From: Paracoccus suum
GTDB taxonomy: Bacteria > Pseudomonadota > Alphaproteobacteria > Rhodobacterales > Rhodobacteraceae
DNA: 32,000 nucleotides
NCBI RefSeq assembly: GCF_003324675.1
Contig: NZ_CP030918.1
Span: 3,218,999-3,250,998 of the forward strand
Direction of reading: 5' to 3'
A model generated the notes under the pieces. The model saw only the letters and a list, made by a program, of their open reading frames with translations, had not been told where the DNA came from and searched no databases. Each line of letters begins with the position of its first letter. Within the stretch, counting starts at the first letter, position 1. Below, in pieces: positions 1 to 9,854 of the stretch. Both the position numbers and the translations under genes were made by a program.

Positions 1-1
1 G

Positions 2-1204
2 GTGCCGCTGACCTCGCTGGACACGACCGAGGCCCCGCCGCCCCGCCAGCCCTCCGGCATGGACGAGCTGGACCGCGTTCTGGGCGGCGGTCTGGTGCCG
101 GGCAGCGCCATTCTGGTCGGCGGGGATCCCGGTATCGGCAAGTCCACGCTGCTGCTGCAGGCGATGGCGGCCTTTGCCCGCGCCGGCGCCAGCGCCATCT
201 ATATCTCGGGCGAGGAGGCGACGGCGCAGGTCCGGATGCGGGCCGCCCGCCTCGGGCTGGCCGATGCGCCGGTACGGCTGGGGGCGGAAACCGCCCTGCG
301 GGACATTCTGACCACGCTGGAGACCGAGCGCCCGACGGTCGCCGTGATCGATTCGATCCAGACACTTTGGTCCGATATGGTCGAGGCAGCGCCCGGCAGC
401 GTCGGCCAGGTCCGCGCCTCGGCCCATGAATTGGTCACCTTTGCCAAGTCGCGCGGCGTTGCGGTGATCCTGGTCGGTCATGTCACCAAGGACGGTCAGA
501 TCGCCGGCCCGCGCGTGGTCGAGCACATGGTCGACACCGTGCTTTATTTCGAGGGTGAGCGCGGCCACCAGTTCCGCATCCTGCGAAGCGTCAAGAACCG
601 CTTTGGCCCGGCCGGAGAGATCGGGGTGTTCGAGATGACCGGGGGCGGCCTCGCCGAGGTGCCCAACCCCTCCGCCCTGTTCCTGTCGGAGCGCGGCCAG
701 CAGGTCGCCGGCGCGGCCGTGTTCGCCGGCATCGAGGGCACCCGCCCCATGCTGACCGAGATCCAGGCCCTCGTGGCGCCCTCGACCCTCGCCTCGCCGC
801 GGCGGACGGTCGTGGGCCTGGACGCGGGCCGGGTCAGCACCATCCTCGCCGTACTTGAGGCGCGCTGCGCCATCCCCTTCACCGGCCTAGACGTTTTTCT
901 GAACGTCGCGGGGGGGATGCGGGTCACTGAACCCGCCGCGGACCTCGCCATCGCCGCTGCCCTGCTGAGCGCGCGCGAGGATCACGCCCTGCCCGCCAAT
1001 GCCGTGCTGTTCGGCGAAATCAGCCTGTCAGGGGCCTTGCGGCCGGTGTCGCAAGCCGAAAACAGGTTGAAAGAGGCGCGCAAACTTGGTTTCACACAGG
1101 CCATCGTCCCCGAGGCGCAAAAGCTCGAGGCGGCCGAAGGGATGTCGCTGCTGCGCCAGCCCGATCTGACGCGCTTTGTCGGAGAGACCCTGGGCGCTGG
1201 CTGA
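2..1204 (+). CDS. radA: DNA repair protein RadA/Sms, 5'-truncated by the window edge (N-terminal zinc finger missing)
   Basis: Walker A GDPGIGKSTLLLQ, RadA-specific KNRFG motif, Lon-like C-terminal domain. Followed by cvpA-purF, the usual alphaproteobacterial synteny. Confidence 0.95.
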   Translation: MPLTSLDTTEAPPPRQPSGMDELDRVLGGGLVPGSAILVGGDPGIGKSTLLLQAMAAFARAGASAIYISGEEATAQVRMRAARLGLADAPVRLGAETALRDILTTLETERPTVAVIDSIQTLWSDMVEAAPGSVGQVRASAHELVTFAKSRGVAVILVGHVTKDGQIAGPRVVEHMVDTVLYFEGERGHQFRILRSVKNRFGPAGEIGVFEMTGGGLAEVPNPSALFLSERGQQVAGAAVFAGIEGTRPMLTEIQALVAPSTLASPRRTVVGLDAGRVSTILAVLEARCAIPFTGLDVFLNVAGGMRVTEPAADLAIAAALLSAREDHALPANAVLFGEISLSGALRPVSQAENRLKEARKLGFTQAIVPEAQKLEAAEGMSLLRQPDLTRFVGETLGAG

Positions 1205-1256
1205 GCCGCCGCCTGCACGCAAGAACCCGGCGCTGCCGGCCTAGGGAAGGCAAGGA

Positions 1257-1961
1257 ATGAACGGCTTCACCCTGATTGACGGGATCGTTGCGGCGGTCAT
1301 CATCCTGTCGGCGATCCTCGCCTATTCGCGCGGTTTCGTCCGCGAATCGCTCGCGATCCTCGGGTGGATCGGCGCAGCGGTTCTTGCATTCCTGTTCGCC
1401 GGGGCCGCCAGGCCGATGATCTCGCAGGTGCCGGGCCTCAACAAGTTCCTCGGTGACAGTTGCGAGTTGGGCACCATCGCGGGCTTTGCCGTCGTCTTTG
1501 CAATCGCGCTGGTGGTGTTTTCCATCGTCACGCCGCTGTTCTCATCGGTCGTACAGCGCAGCGCGTTGGGCGGGGTCGACCAGGGCATGGGTTTCCTCTT
1601 TGGCGTCGCACGCGGCATCCTTTTGGTGGCCGTCGCCTTCATCGTCTATGACCGCGTCATGGCCACCGAAAAGATCGCCATGGTCGAGCAGTCGCGCTCG
1701 TCGCAGGTGTTCGCCCGCATGCGCGGAACCGTGAACGAGCAGATCCCGCAGGACGCGCCGGGCTGGGTGGTCAACCGCTACGAGCAGCTGGTGCGCACCT
1801 GCACTGCCGCCGCCTCGGGCGCGGCGCCGACTGCCACCACACGGACCCCGACCAGCGCGACCCCGGAAGGCGCGGCCCCGGCCGAGACGACGACCACCAC
1901 CACCACGACGACCACCGCGCCTGCGGAAACCGCCCCGGCCCCGACCACGCCAAGCAACTGA
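1257..1961 (+). CDS. cvpA: CvpA (colicin V production) family membrane protein with an extra ~50-aa Thr/Pro/Ala-rich C-terminal tail
   Basis: ATG at 1257 after an AAGGA-like SD. Four hydrophobic segments, position between radA and purF. Tail contains 10 consecutive Thr codons (1887-1916). Confidence 0.85.
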   Translation: MNGFTLIDGIVAAVIILSAILAYSRGFVRESLAILGWIGAAVLAFLFAGAARPMISQVPGLNKFLGDSCELGTIAGFAVVFAIALVVFSIVTPLFSSVVQRSALGGVDQGMGFLFGVARGILLVAVAFIVYDRVMATEKIAMVEQSRSSQVFARMRGTVNEQIPQDAPGWVVNRYEQLVRTCTAAASGAAPTATTRTPTSATPEGAAPAETTTTTTTTTTAPAETAPAPTTPSN

Positions 1962-2041
1962 TCCCAAGGGGGTGACGTCGCAGCGCCAAGCCCTTAGATA
2001 AGGGTACGCTCAACACGCGAGCGTTAACGGAGTCGCCGCCG

Positions 2042-3520
2042 ATGCAGGCTTTCATCGCAGATCCATTCGACAGCGACTCGCTCCACGAGGAGTGCGGGGT
2101 GTTCGGCGTGATCGGCGTCGCCGAGGCCGCGAACTTTGTCGCCCTCGGCCTGCACGCGCTGCAGCATCGCGGCCAGGAGGCCGGCGGCATCGTCGCCCAT
2201 GATCCCGAGACCGGGTTCAACAGCGCTCACCGCTTCGGCTATGTGCGCGACAATTTCACCAAAGCTTCGCTGATGGAGACGCTGCCCGGGCCGCTTGCCA
2301 TCGGCCACGTGCGTTATTCCACTGCAGGCTCGAAAGGCGCAGTGATTCGCGACATCCAGCCCTTCTTTGGCGAATTCGCCATGGGCGGCTGCGCCATTGC
2401 CCATAACGGCAACCTGACCAACGCCGCCCAGTTGCGCCGCGAGTTGATCGAGCGGGGCAGCATCTTCCAGTCCGGCAGCGACAGCGAGTGCATCATCCAC
2501 CTGATGGCGCGCTCGATTCAGAAGAACATCCCCGAGCGGATGAAGGACGCGCTGCGCCGCGTCGAGGGCGCCTTCAGCGTCATCGCCATGACACGCACCA
2601 AGCTGATCGGCGTGCGCGACCCGCTGGGCGTGCGCCCGCTGGTGCTTGGCACCCTGGGCGACGGCGCCCATGTGCTTGCGTCGGAGACTTGCGCGCTGGA
2701 CATCATCGGCGCCAGCTTCGTGCGCGAGATCGATCCGGGCGAGATGGTCGTCATCTCGGCCGAGGGTATCCAGAGTTCGCGGCCCTTCGGCCCCTCGACC
2801 GGCCGGTTCTGCATCTTCGAGCATGTCTATTTCTCGCGCCCCGATTCGATGATCGGCGGCCGCTCGGTCTATGAGACGCGGCGCCAGATCGGGGTCGAAC
2901 TGGCGCGCGAGGCGCCGGTCGAGGCAGACTTGGTATGCCCGGTGCCGGACAGCGGCACCCCTGCGGCCATCGGCTACAGCCAGGAAAGCGGCATCCCCTA
3001 TGCCATGGGCATCATCCGCAACCAGTATATGGGCCGTACCTTCATCGAGCCAACAGACCAGATCCGCGACATGGGCGTGCGCCTGAAGCTGAACGTGAAC
3101 CGCGCCCTGGTGCGCGGCAAAAGAGTCGTGCTGGTTGACGATTCCGTCGTGCGCGGCACCACCAGTCGCAAGATCAAGGACATGATCCTCGAGGCCGGCG
3201 CGGCCGAGGTTCACTTCCGTATCGCCTCGCCGCCGACCGCCTGGCCCTGTTTTTACGGCGTCGACACGCCCGAACGCAGCAAGCTGTTGGCGGCCCAGAT
3301 GACGCCCGAGGAAATGCGCGAGTGGATTGGCGTCGACAGCCTCAAGTTCGTCTCGCTGGACGGCCTTTATCGTGCCGTGGGCGAGGCACAAGGCCGCAAC
3401 CCCGAGCGTCCGCAGTATTGTGATGCCTGTTTCTCCGGCGAGTACCCCATCGTGCCCTCCGACCAGATGGAGCGCGGCTTTGAGATGAAGCCGATGCCGA
3501 GGATCGCCGCGGCCGAGTAA
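2042..3520 (+). CDS. purF: Amidophosphoribosyltransferase (glutamine-PRPP amidotransferase)
   Basis: N-terminal nucleophile motif ECGVFGV, PRPP-binding VVLVDDSVVRGTT, C-terminal Cys residues of the Fe-S type enzyme. Confidence 0.97.
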   Translation: MQAFIADPFDSDSLHEECGVFGVIGVAEAANFVALGLHALQHRGQEAGGIVAHDPETGFNSAHRFGYVRDNFTKASLMETLPGPLAIGHVRYSTAGSKGAVIRDIQPFFGEFAMGGCAIAHNGNLTNAAQLRRELIERGSIFQSGSDSECIIHLMARSIQKNIPERMKDALRRVEGAFSVIAMTRTKLIGVRDPLGVRPLVLGTLGDGAHVLASETCALDIIGASFVREIDPGEMVVISAEGIQSSRPFGPSTGRFCIFEHVYFSRPDSMIGGRSVYETRRQIGVELAREAPVEADLVCPVPDSGTPAAIGYSQESGIPYAMGIIRNQYMGRTFIEPTDQIRDMGVRLKLNVNRALVRGKRVVLVDDSVVRGTTSRKIKDMILEAGAAEVHFRIASPPTAWPCFYGVDTPERSKLLAAQMTPEEMREWIGVDSLKFVSLDGLYRAVGEAQGRNPERPQYCDACFSGEYPIVPSDQMERGFEMKPMPRIAAAE

Positions 3521-3574
3521 TCCACCGCGCAATGTTCCATCCTGACCTCGCCTGATTTCCGCGTCGGTCTGCGA

Positions 3575-4633
3575 TTATGCCCCGACCAGAGCCCGCGCGA
3601 AGTCATCGGCGTCGAAGGCATCCAGATCATCGATCTGCTCGCCCACACCAATGGCGTGGATCGGCAGGCCGAATTTGTCGGCCAGCGCAACCAGTACGCC
3701 GCCGCGCGCCGTGCCGTCCAGCTTGGTCATCACCAGTCCCGACACGTCGGCCAGCTTGCGGAAGGTCTCGACCTGGCTCACCGCGTTCTGGCCGGTCGTG
3801 GCATCCAGCACCAGCAGGGTGTTGTGCGGCGCCGAGGGGTCCCGCTTGCGGATGACGCGAACGATCTTGGCCAGCTCCTCCATCAGGTCGGCACGGTTCT
3901 GCAGCCGGCCCGCCGTGTCGATCATCAGCAGATCGGCACCCTCGGCCTCGGCACGGACCATGGCGTCAAAGGCCAGCGAGGCGGGGTCCGAGCCTTCGGG
4001 CGCGGTCATCACCGGCACCCCGGCGCGCTGGCCCCAGACCTGGAGCTGCTCGACGGCAGCGGCGCGAAAGGTGTCGCCGGCGGCGATGATCACCGTCTTG
4101 CCGGCCGCGCGGAACTGGCTGGCGAGCTTGCCGATGGTTGTAGTCTTGCCGCTGCCGTTCACACCGACGACCAGCACCACCTGCGGCTTTTTCGCATAAA
4201 GCGGCAGCGGCCGGGCAACCGGCGTCATGATCCGCGCCACCTCGGCCGCCAGCCATCCGCGCAACTCGCTGGCCGAGACGCGGCGGCCCATGCGCCCGGC
4301 GGCGATATTGGCGGTGACGCGCAGCGCCGTGTCGACGCCCATGTCGGCCGCGATCAGCGTTTCCTCCAGATCCTCGAGCATGGCATCGTCAAGCTCGCGC
4401 CGCGGCTCGGGCGGGGCGGCGGGCCGGGCCGGGGCTGGCGCCTCGCGGCCAAGGATGCGGTTCAGCAGGCCGGGCTGCGGCGCGGGTTGCGGGGCCGGGG
4501 CCTGCGGCTCGGCAGCCCCGGGCCGCGCGGCGCCGGGCGCCGGCTCGTCCGCGCCCACAAGCGCGTCGAGACCGGCCCCGATTTTGGAGGATGAGCCGGC
4601 GAGGCGGTCTTTCAGCTTGGTGAAGAACGACAT
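3575..4633 (-). CDS. ftsY: Signal recognition particle receptor FtsY
   Basis: SRP GTPase motifs GVNGSGKTTTIGKLA, DTAGR, TKLDG. Low-complexity Pro/Ala-rich N-terminal A domain. Confidence 0.95.
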   Translation of the reverse strand: MSFFTKLKDRLAGSSSKIGAGLDALVGADEPAPGAARPGAAEPQAPAPQPAPQPGLLNRILGREAPAPARPAAPPEPRRELDDAMLEDLEETLIAADMGVDTALRVTANIAAGRMGRRVSASELRGWLAAEVARIMTPVARPLPLYAKKPQVVLVVGVNGSGKTTTIGKLASQFRAAGKTVIIAAGDTFRAAAVEQLQVWGQRAGVPVMTAPEGSDPASLAFDAMVRAEAEGADLLMIDTAGRLQNRADLMEELAKIVRVIRKRDPSAPHNTLLVLDATTGQNAVSQVETFRKLADVSGLVMTKLDGTARGGVLVALADKFGLPIHAIGVGEQIDDLDAFDADDFARALVGA

Positions 4634-4757
4634 CGCGGCCCCCTTGAATACGGCCCGCGACCTTACCTTGCGGCCGGACCGAGTTAAAGCCTCCGCCCCT
4701 GTCCCGGATGGCGCTCCGCGTCAGTTGGGGCGACGCAACCCGCGCCCCAGCAAGCCT

Positions 4758-6398
4758 CTAGAACAGGCTGCCCTGCCCCGCCCCTCCCTTGGGTTTGCGC
4801 GGTGCGGCTTTGGCGGTCGGGGTCGCCATCGGGGCATCGACCGGCGCGACCGTGACGCTGCCGTCGCTAAACTCGACTCGCATCTTGGGCGTCGCGGCAG
4901 CGCGGGCCGCGGTCGCGATCAATCCCTCGGGGCCATGAACCACCGCAAAGCCCCGGCGCAGCGTCTCGCGATAGCCGAGAGACTGGCGCAGCCGGTCCAT
5001 CCGTTCCACCCGCTCGCGCCGAGCGCTGAGCTGGCGCGGGCCGGCGACGGCAAGGCGGCGGGTCAGCGCCTCCAGCGATTCGCGGGCATCGGCGTTGCGC
5101 CGCAACCCCAGCACACGGGCGCGGGCGATGCCGCCGGCCAGCCGCCCGGCGCGGTCGGCCAGCAGGCGCGCCGCCTCGCGCTGCCGACGCAACAGCGCCG
5201 GCGCCATTCGCTCGGCCAGCGCCATCCGTCCCCGCGCCTGTGACGCTGCACGGCCCAGCGCATTTTCAAGCCGGCGCGCCTCGTCCAGCCGGCGGCGGGC
5301 CGCGCGCGTGCCCTGCCACAGCAGCGCCGGCGGCAGCGGCAGCGCACCCAGCCGGTCGCGGCGCTGCCGCACGAACCCGCGCAACCCCGGCTCCAGCCGG
5401 CCGGCGCCCAGATCGAGGCGCTGGCGGGCCGCATCGGTCAGCGCCTGCGGCCGGCCGAGGCCGCGCGCCAGATCGCGCAGCCGTTGCCGCGGCTGGGAAA
5501 CCCGCGCCTGCGCACCGCGCAGCTTGCGCCCGTGCAGATCGACCATGCGGGCCAGCAGTTCGGCCCTGACCGGCACCGCGAACTCTGCCGCCGCGGTCGG
5601 CGTGGGCGCGCGCAGGTCGGCGACATGATCGATCAGCGTCGTGTCCGTCTCGTGCCCCACGGCCGAGATCAGCGGGATCGTCCCGGCCGCGACGGTGCGG
5701 ACCACCAGTTCCTCGTTGAAGCCCCACAGATCCTCGATCGAGCCACCACCGCGTGCGACGATGATCAGGTCCGGGCGCATCCCGCCGGTCGCCGCGTTGA
5801 AACCGGCGATAGCCGCCGCGACCTCGGGCGCGCAGGCATTGCCCTGCACGGCCACCGGCCAGATCAGCACGCGGCTGGGAAAACGCTCGCGCAGGCGGTG
5901 CAGAATATCGCGGATCACCGCGCCAGAGGGCGAGGTCACCACGCCGATGGTGCCCGGCAGATAGGGGATCGGCCGCTTGCGCGCGGCATCGAACAGCCCC
6001 TCGGCCGCCAGCAGCTTGCGCCGCTGCTCCAGCATCGCCATCAGCGCGCCAAGGCCGGCGGGGGCGACACTGTCCACCAGCAGCTGATATTTGGACGCGC
6101 CGGGAAATGTCGTCAGCCGGCCGGTGACGATCACCTCCATCCCCTCCTCGGGCCGGTGCGGCAGGCGGCAGGCATTGGCCTTCCAGCAGACCGCGCCCAG
6201 CACGGCCCGGTCGTCCTTGAGGTCAAAATAAAGATGGCCGGAGGCCGGACGCGAAACGCGCCCCACCTCGCCCCGCACGCGAACATGGGAAAACTCGCCC
6301 TCGATCACGCGCTTGACCGCGCCCGACACCTCGGACACGGACAGCGGCGGCGCGTTCGATGCGGCATCGGGGCCGGCGGCATCTTCGAAAAGGTCCAT
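4758..6398 (-). CDS. xseA: Exodeoxyribonuclease VII large subunit
   Basis: N-terminal OB-fold region (LSVSEVSGAVKRVIE...VRGEV), catalytic core GRGGGSxEDLWxFN, long Arg/Ala-rich helical C-terminus. First ATG is at 6398; the ORF also extends to a TTG at 6413. Divergent from purD as in many alphaproteobacteria. Confidence 0.92.
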   Translation of the reverse strand: MDLFEDAAGPDAASNAPPLSVSEVSGAVKRVIEGEFSHVRVRGEVGRVSRPASGHLYFDLKDDRAVLGAVCWKANACRLPHRPEEGMEVIVTGRLTTFPGASKYQLLVDSVAPAGLGALMAMLEQRRKLLAAEGLFDAARKRPIPYLPGTIGVVTSPSGAVIRDILHRLRERFPSRVLIWPVAVQGNACAPEVAAAIAGFNAATGGMRPDLIIVARGGGSIEDLWGFNEELVVRTVAAGTIPLISAVGHETDTTLIDHVADLRAPTPTAAAEFAVPVRAELLARMVDLHGRKLRGAQARVSQPRQRLRDLARGLGRPQALTDAARQRLDLGAGRLEPGLRGFVRQRRDRLGALPLPPALLWQGTRAARRRLDEARRLENALGRAASQARGRMALAERMAPALLRRQREAARLLADRAGRLAGGIARARVLGLRRNADARESLEALTRRLAVAGPRQLSARRERVERMDRLRQSLGYRETLRRGFAVVHGPEGLIATAARAAATPKMRVEFSDGSVTVAPVDAPMATPTAKAAPRKPKGGAGQGSLF

Positions 6399-6514
6399 GG
6401 CCGGTTTTCGCAAGGCCGCACCGGCAGCGCAAGCGCAGCCGCGTGGGCGCCCATGTTGCGGGTCGCCGGGGACTGGCCTATCCCACGACCCAGATTGCGA
6501 GGGAGAGCGCGCGC

Positions 6515-7786
6515 ATGAACATCCTCATCCTCGGCGGCGGCGGGCGCGAGCATGCGCTGGCCTGGGCCTTTCGGCAGAACCCGAAATGCGACCGGCTGAT
6601 TGTCGCGCCCGGCAATGCTGGCATCGCCGCGGTGGCCGAATGTGCCGCGCTCGACATCCTCTCGCGCAGCGCAGTGGTCGAGTTTGCCGGCCAGAACGCG
6701 GTCGATCTGGTCGTGATCGGCCCCGAGGCGCCGCTGGCGGCGGGCGTCTCCGACGCCCTGCGCGAGGCAGGGTTTGCGGTCTTTGGTCCCAGCAAGGCCG
6801 CGGCCCAACTGGAATCGTCCAAGGCCTTCACCAAGGCTGTCTGCGATGCCTGCGGCGCCCCCACAGCCGCCTGGGCGCGATTCACGGATGCCGAATCCGC
6901 CCGCGCCCATGTCGCGGCGCAGGGCGCGCCGATCGTCGTCAAGGCGGACGGCCTCGCCGCCGGCAAGGGCGTCACCGTCGCCATGACCGAGGCCGAGGCG
7001 CTGGGGGCGATCGACGCCGCCTTTTCCGGGGCCTTTGGCGAGGCCGGGGCCGAACTGGTGATCGAGTCCTTCATGGCCGGCGAGGAGGCCAGCTTCTTTG
7101 TCCTCTGCGACGGCGAGGCCGCGCTGCCGATCGGCAGCGCGCAGGACCACAAACGCGCTTTCGACGGCGATACCGGCCCCAACACTGGCGGAATGGGCGC
7201 CTATTCCCCCGCCCCGATCCTGACCCCAGCCCTCGAGGCGCAGGTGATGGAGCAGATCATTCGCCCCACCCTGGCCGAGATGACCCGCCGCGGCGCACCG
7301 TTCCAGGGCGTGCTTTATGCTGGGCTGATGATCGAGGACGACGCGGCGCGGCTGGTCGAATACAACACCCGCTTCGGCGATCCCGAATGCCAGGTGCTGA
7401 TGATGCGGCTGGGCGCGCAGGCGCTCGACCTGATCCAGGCGGCGGCCGAGGGCCGGCTGGCCGGGGTCGCGGTCAATTGGGCCGGCGATCATGCCCTCAG
7501 CGTCGTTCTGGCCGCCAACGGCTACCCCGGCCCTGTCAAGAAGGGCAGCGAGATCAAAGGGCTGGAAGCGCTGCCTGAGACTTCTACGCAGATGATGTTC
7601 CACGCCGGCACCCGTGCCGCCGACGGGCGCACGGTGGCTGACGGCGGGCGGGTCCTCGCCGCAACCGGTCGCGGCGCGTCCCTGGCCGAGGCGCGCGCGC
7701 GGGCCTATACCCTGGCCGAGGCGGTGGACTGGCCCGAGGGGTTCTACCGCCGCGACATCGGCTGGCGGGCGCTGCCCCTGGCATGA
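6515..7786 (+). CDS. purD: Phosphoribosylamine--glycine ligase
   Basis: Conserved N-terminus MNILILGGGGREHALAWA begins at the internal ATG 6515; the upstream part of ORF 6359-7786 is Arg-rich non-coding-like sequence. ATP-grasp motifs present. Confidence 0.96.
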   Translation: MNILILGGGGREHALAWAFRQNPKCDRLIVAPGNAGIAAVAECAALDILSRSAVVEFAGQNAVDLVVIGPEAPLAAGVSDALREAGFAVFGPSKAAAQLESSKAFTKAVCDACGAPTAAWARFTDAESARAHVAAQGAPIVVKADGLAAGKGVTVAMTEAEALGAIDAAFSGAFGEAGAELVIESFMAGEEASFFVLCDGEAALPIGSAQDHKRAFDGDTGPNTGGMGAYSPAPILTPALEAQVMEQIIRPTLAEMTRRGAPFQGVLYAGLMIEDDAARLVEYNTRFGDPECQVLMMRLGAQALDLIQAAAEGRLAGVAVNWAGDHALSVVLAANGYPGPVKKGSEIKGLEALPETSTQMMFHAGTRAADGRTVADGGRVLAATGRGASLAEARARAYTLAEAVDWPEGFYRRDIGWRALPLA

Positions 7787-8670
7787 GCGGATATTTCTCA
7801 GGCTTTTCGCTGCACAGCATCGATGCCGGCGATGGCCCAATCCGCCTGCGCGTCGGCGGCAGCGGCCCGGCCGTGATGTTGCTGCATGGCCATCCGCGTA
7901 CCCACGCCACCTGGGACCGGGTGGCGGTCGACCTGGCGAGAGACTTTACCGTCATATGCCCGGACCTGCCCGGCTTTGGCGGCTCGTTCCAGCCGATCGA
8001 CATGCCAGACCATGCCGGCTCGTCCAAGCGCGCCAAGGCGGCCGCTCTGGCACGCCTGATGACCCGGTTGGGGCACGAGCGGTTCTTCCTCGCCGGTCAC
8101 GACCGGGGCGCGCCGACCGCGTTCCGGCTGGCGATGGATCATCCGCATCGCGTCTCAGCCTTGGCGCAACTGGACGGAATCCCAATCATCGAGCATCTGG
8201 AGCGCGCCGACTGGCGCTTTGCCCGCGACTGGTGGCACTGGTTCTTTTACGCCCAGCCGGCCAAGCCCGAGGGGGCGATCGCCGCCGACCCAGAGGCTTG
8301 GTATGCCCCTGGCCCCAGACCCCACGTGGCCCCAGAGGCGCAGGCAGAATGGCTGGCGGCGATCCGCGATCCGGCCGTGGTACATGGCATGATCGAGGAT
8401 TACCGCGCCGGGCTCACGGTGGACCACATCCACGACCGGGCCGACCGCGACGCGCGCCGGCGGCTCGGCTGCCTGGTGACAGTCCTCTGGTCGCTACGCG
8501 ACGATCTGGCCGCCATATATGGCGATCCGCTGGCAATCTGGCGCGCCTGGGCCGACGAAGTCAGCGGCCACGGCATCGACAGCACCCATCACATGGCCGA
8601 GGAGGCGCCCGAGGCGGTGGCCGACGCGCTGCGCCGCGCCTTTCAGGCGCGCGAGTACATGCCCTCATAG
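7783..8670 (+). CDS. Alpha/beta-fold hydrolase, haloacetate dehalogenase / epoxide hydrolase-like subfamily (Asp nucleophile)
   Basis: HGHPRTH oxyanion region, nucleophile elbow GHDRGA, HW pair in [17 protein letters not shown]-terminal His in STHHMAEE. The start ATG overlaps the purD stop (ATGA at 7783-7786). Confidence 0.85.
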   Translation: MSGYFSGFSLHSIDAGDGPIRLRVGGSGPAVMLLHGHPRTHATWDRVAVDLARDFTVICPDLPGFGGSFQPIDMPDHAGSSKRAKAAALARLMTRLGHERFFLAGHDRGAPTAFRLAMDHPHRVSALAQLDGIPIIEHLERADWRFARDWWHWFFYAQPAKPEGAIAADPEAWYAPGPRPHVAPEAQAEWLAAIRDPAVVHGMIEDYRAGLTVDHIHDRADRDARRRLGCLVTVLWSLRDDLAAIYGDPLAIWRAWADEVSGHGIDSTHHMAEEAPEAVADALRRAFQAREYMPS

Positions 8671-9662
8671 ATCGGCTGCAATGTCTCGACCTCGAACAGG
8701 CTGCTGACCGAGGTGCCGTTCCAGATGTTCATGATCGCCTGCGCAAACATCGGCGCCGTCGGCACGATGCGGATGTTCTTGGCGGCGCGGACCTCGGGCG
8801 AGGGCTCTATCGAGTCCGTGATGACCAGCGATTTCATGATCGAGCCTTCGACCCGCTCGACCGCCGGTCCGGACAGAACGCCATGAGTGATGTAGGCGTG
8901 AACCTCGGACGCGCCGTGGTCCACCAGCTTTTGCGCGGCCTTCACCAGCGTGCCGGCGGTGTCGCAGATATCGTCGACGATGATGCAGGTCTTGCCATCG
9001 ACGTCACCGATGACGGTCATTTCCGCGACTTCGCCCGCCTTTTCGCGGCGCTTGTCGACGATGGCGAGGGGTGCGCCGATGCGCTGCGCCAGCTCGCGTG
9101 CGCGGCCGACACCGCCGACGTCGGGCGAGACGACCATCAGTTCTGACAGGCGACCTTCGAACTGGTGCAGGATGTCGAGCGCGAAGATCGGCGCGGCATA
9201 GAGGTTGTCGACCGGAATGTCGAAAAACCCCTGGATCTGGGTCGCGTGCAGGTCCAGCGTCAGCACGCGCTGGACGCCCGCCTCGACCAACAGGTTGGCC
9301 ACCAGCTTGGCGCTGATCGGGGTGCGCGCCTTGGCGCGACGGTCCTGCCGGGCATAGCCGAAATAGGGGATCACCGCGGTGATGCGCGCGGCCGAGGACC
9401 GGCGCAGCGCGTCGGTCATGATGAGCAATTCCATCAGGTTGTCGTTCGCCGGGTTCGACGTCGACTGGATGATGTACATGTCCTCGCCGCGAACGTTTTC
9501 GAACACCTCGACGAAGATTTCCTGGTCGTTGAACCGTTCGACCCGCGCATCGACCAACGAAACGTTCATCCCGCGGTGCAGCGACATGCGCCTGGCGATG
9601 GCCTTGGCCAGCGGCTGGTTGGCGTTGCCGGCGATCAGCTTGGGTTCGGTCATGGCGGGCAT
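8643..9662 (-). CDS. prs: Ribose-phosphate pyrophosphokinase (PRPP synthetase)
   Basis: Conserved N-terminus [16 protein letters not shown]-binding loop [21 protein letters not shown] motif. Start is ATG 9662 or ATG 9653; the upstream part of the ORF looks non-coding. Confidence 0.95.
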   Translation of the reverse strand: MPAMTEPKLIAGNANQPLAKAIARRMSLHRGMNVSLVDARVERFNDQEIFVEVFENVRGEDMYIIQSTSNPANDNLMELLIMTDALRRSSAARITAVIPYFGYARQDRRAKARTPISAKLVANLLVEAGVQRVLTLDLHATQIQGFFDIPVDNLYAAPIFALDILHQFEGRLSELMVVSPDVGGVGRARELAQRIGAPLAIVDKRREKAGEVAEMTVIGDVDGKTCIIVDDICDTAGTLVKAAQKLVDHGASEVHAYITHGVLSGPAVERVEGSIMKSLVITDSIEPSPEVRAAKNIRIVPTAPMFAQAIMNIWNGTSVSSLFEVETLQPIYEGMYSRA

Positions 9663-9854
9663 AGGGTACCTGTTGCGGGATGCGGGGGCGCGGCCGGCAG
9701 GCAGCGGCGGATTCGGTTGCCGGCGCGGCCCGCTTAGCACCACGGGGGGATGCCGGCAAACCTTGCCGATGCAGCGGTTGCCCGTCGCACCCGGTGCCAA
9801 CCGCATGGATCATCGGCGAAATTCCGCCGATTGCTCGACCCACGGAAAGGTTGG

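Noticed and set aside
2024-3532. 502-aa ORF on the minus strand spanning all of purF.
   Set aside because: It is exactly antisense to a gene with unmistakable PurF motifs. The composition is Arg/Gly/Ala/His-rich with no motifs. This is a typical shadow ORF of high-GC DNA, where stop codons are rare in antisense frames.
6460-6491. Hairpin GGGTCG...GACTGGC...CGACCC upstream of purD that recalls the P1 stem and GACUGGCG core of the ZTP (pfl) riboswitch.
   Set aside because: The loop is only 20 nt, so there is no P2 helix. I cannot find the obligatory 3' pseudoknot element (CCGCCUGGGC-like) before the purD start. The resemblance is probably fortuitous; an Infernal scan with the Rfam ZTP (pfl) riboswitch model would settle it.
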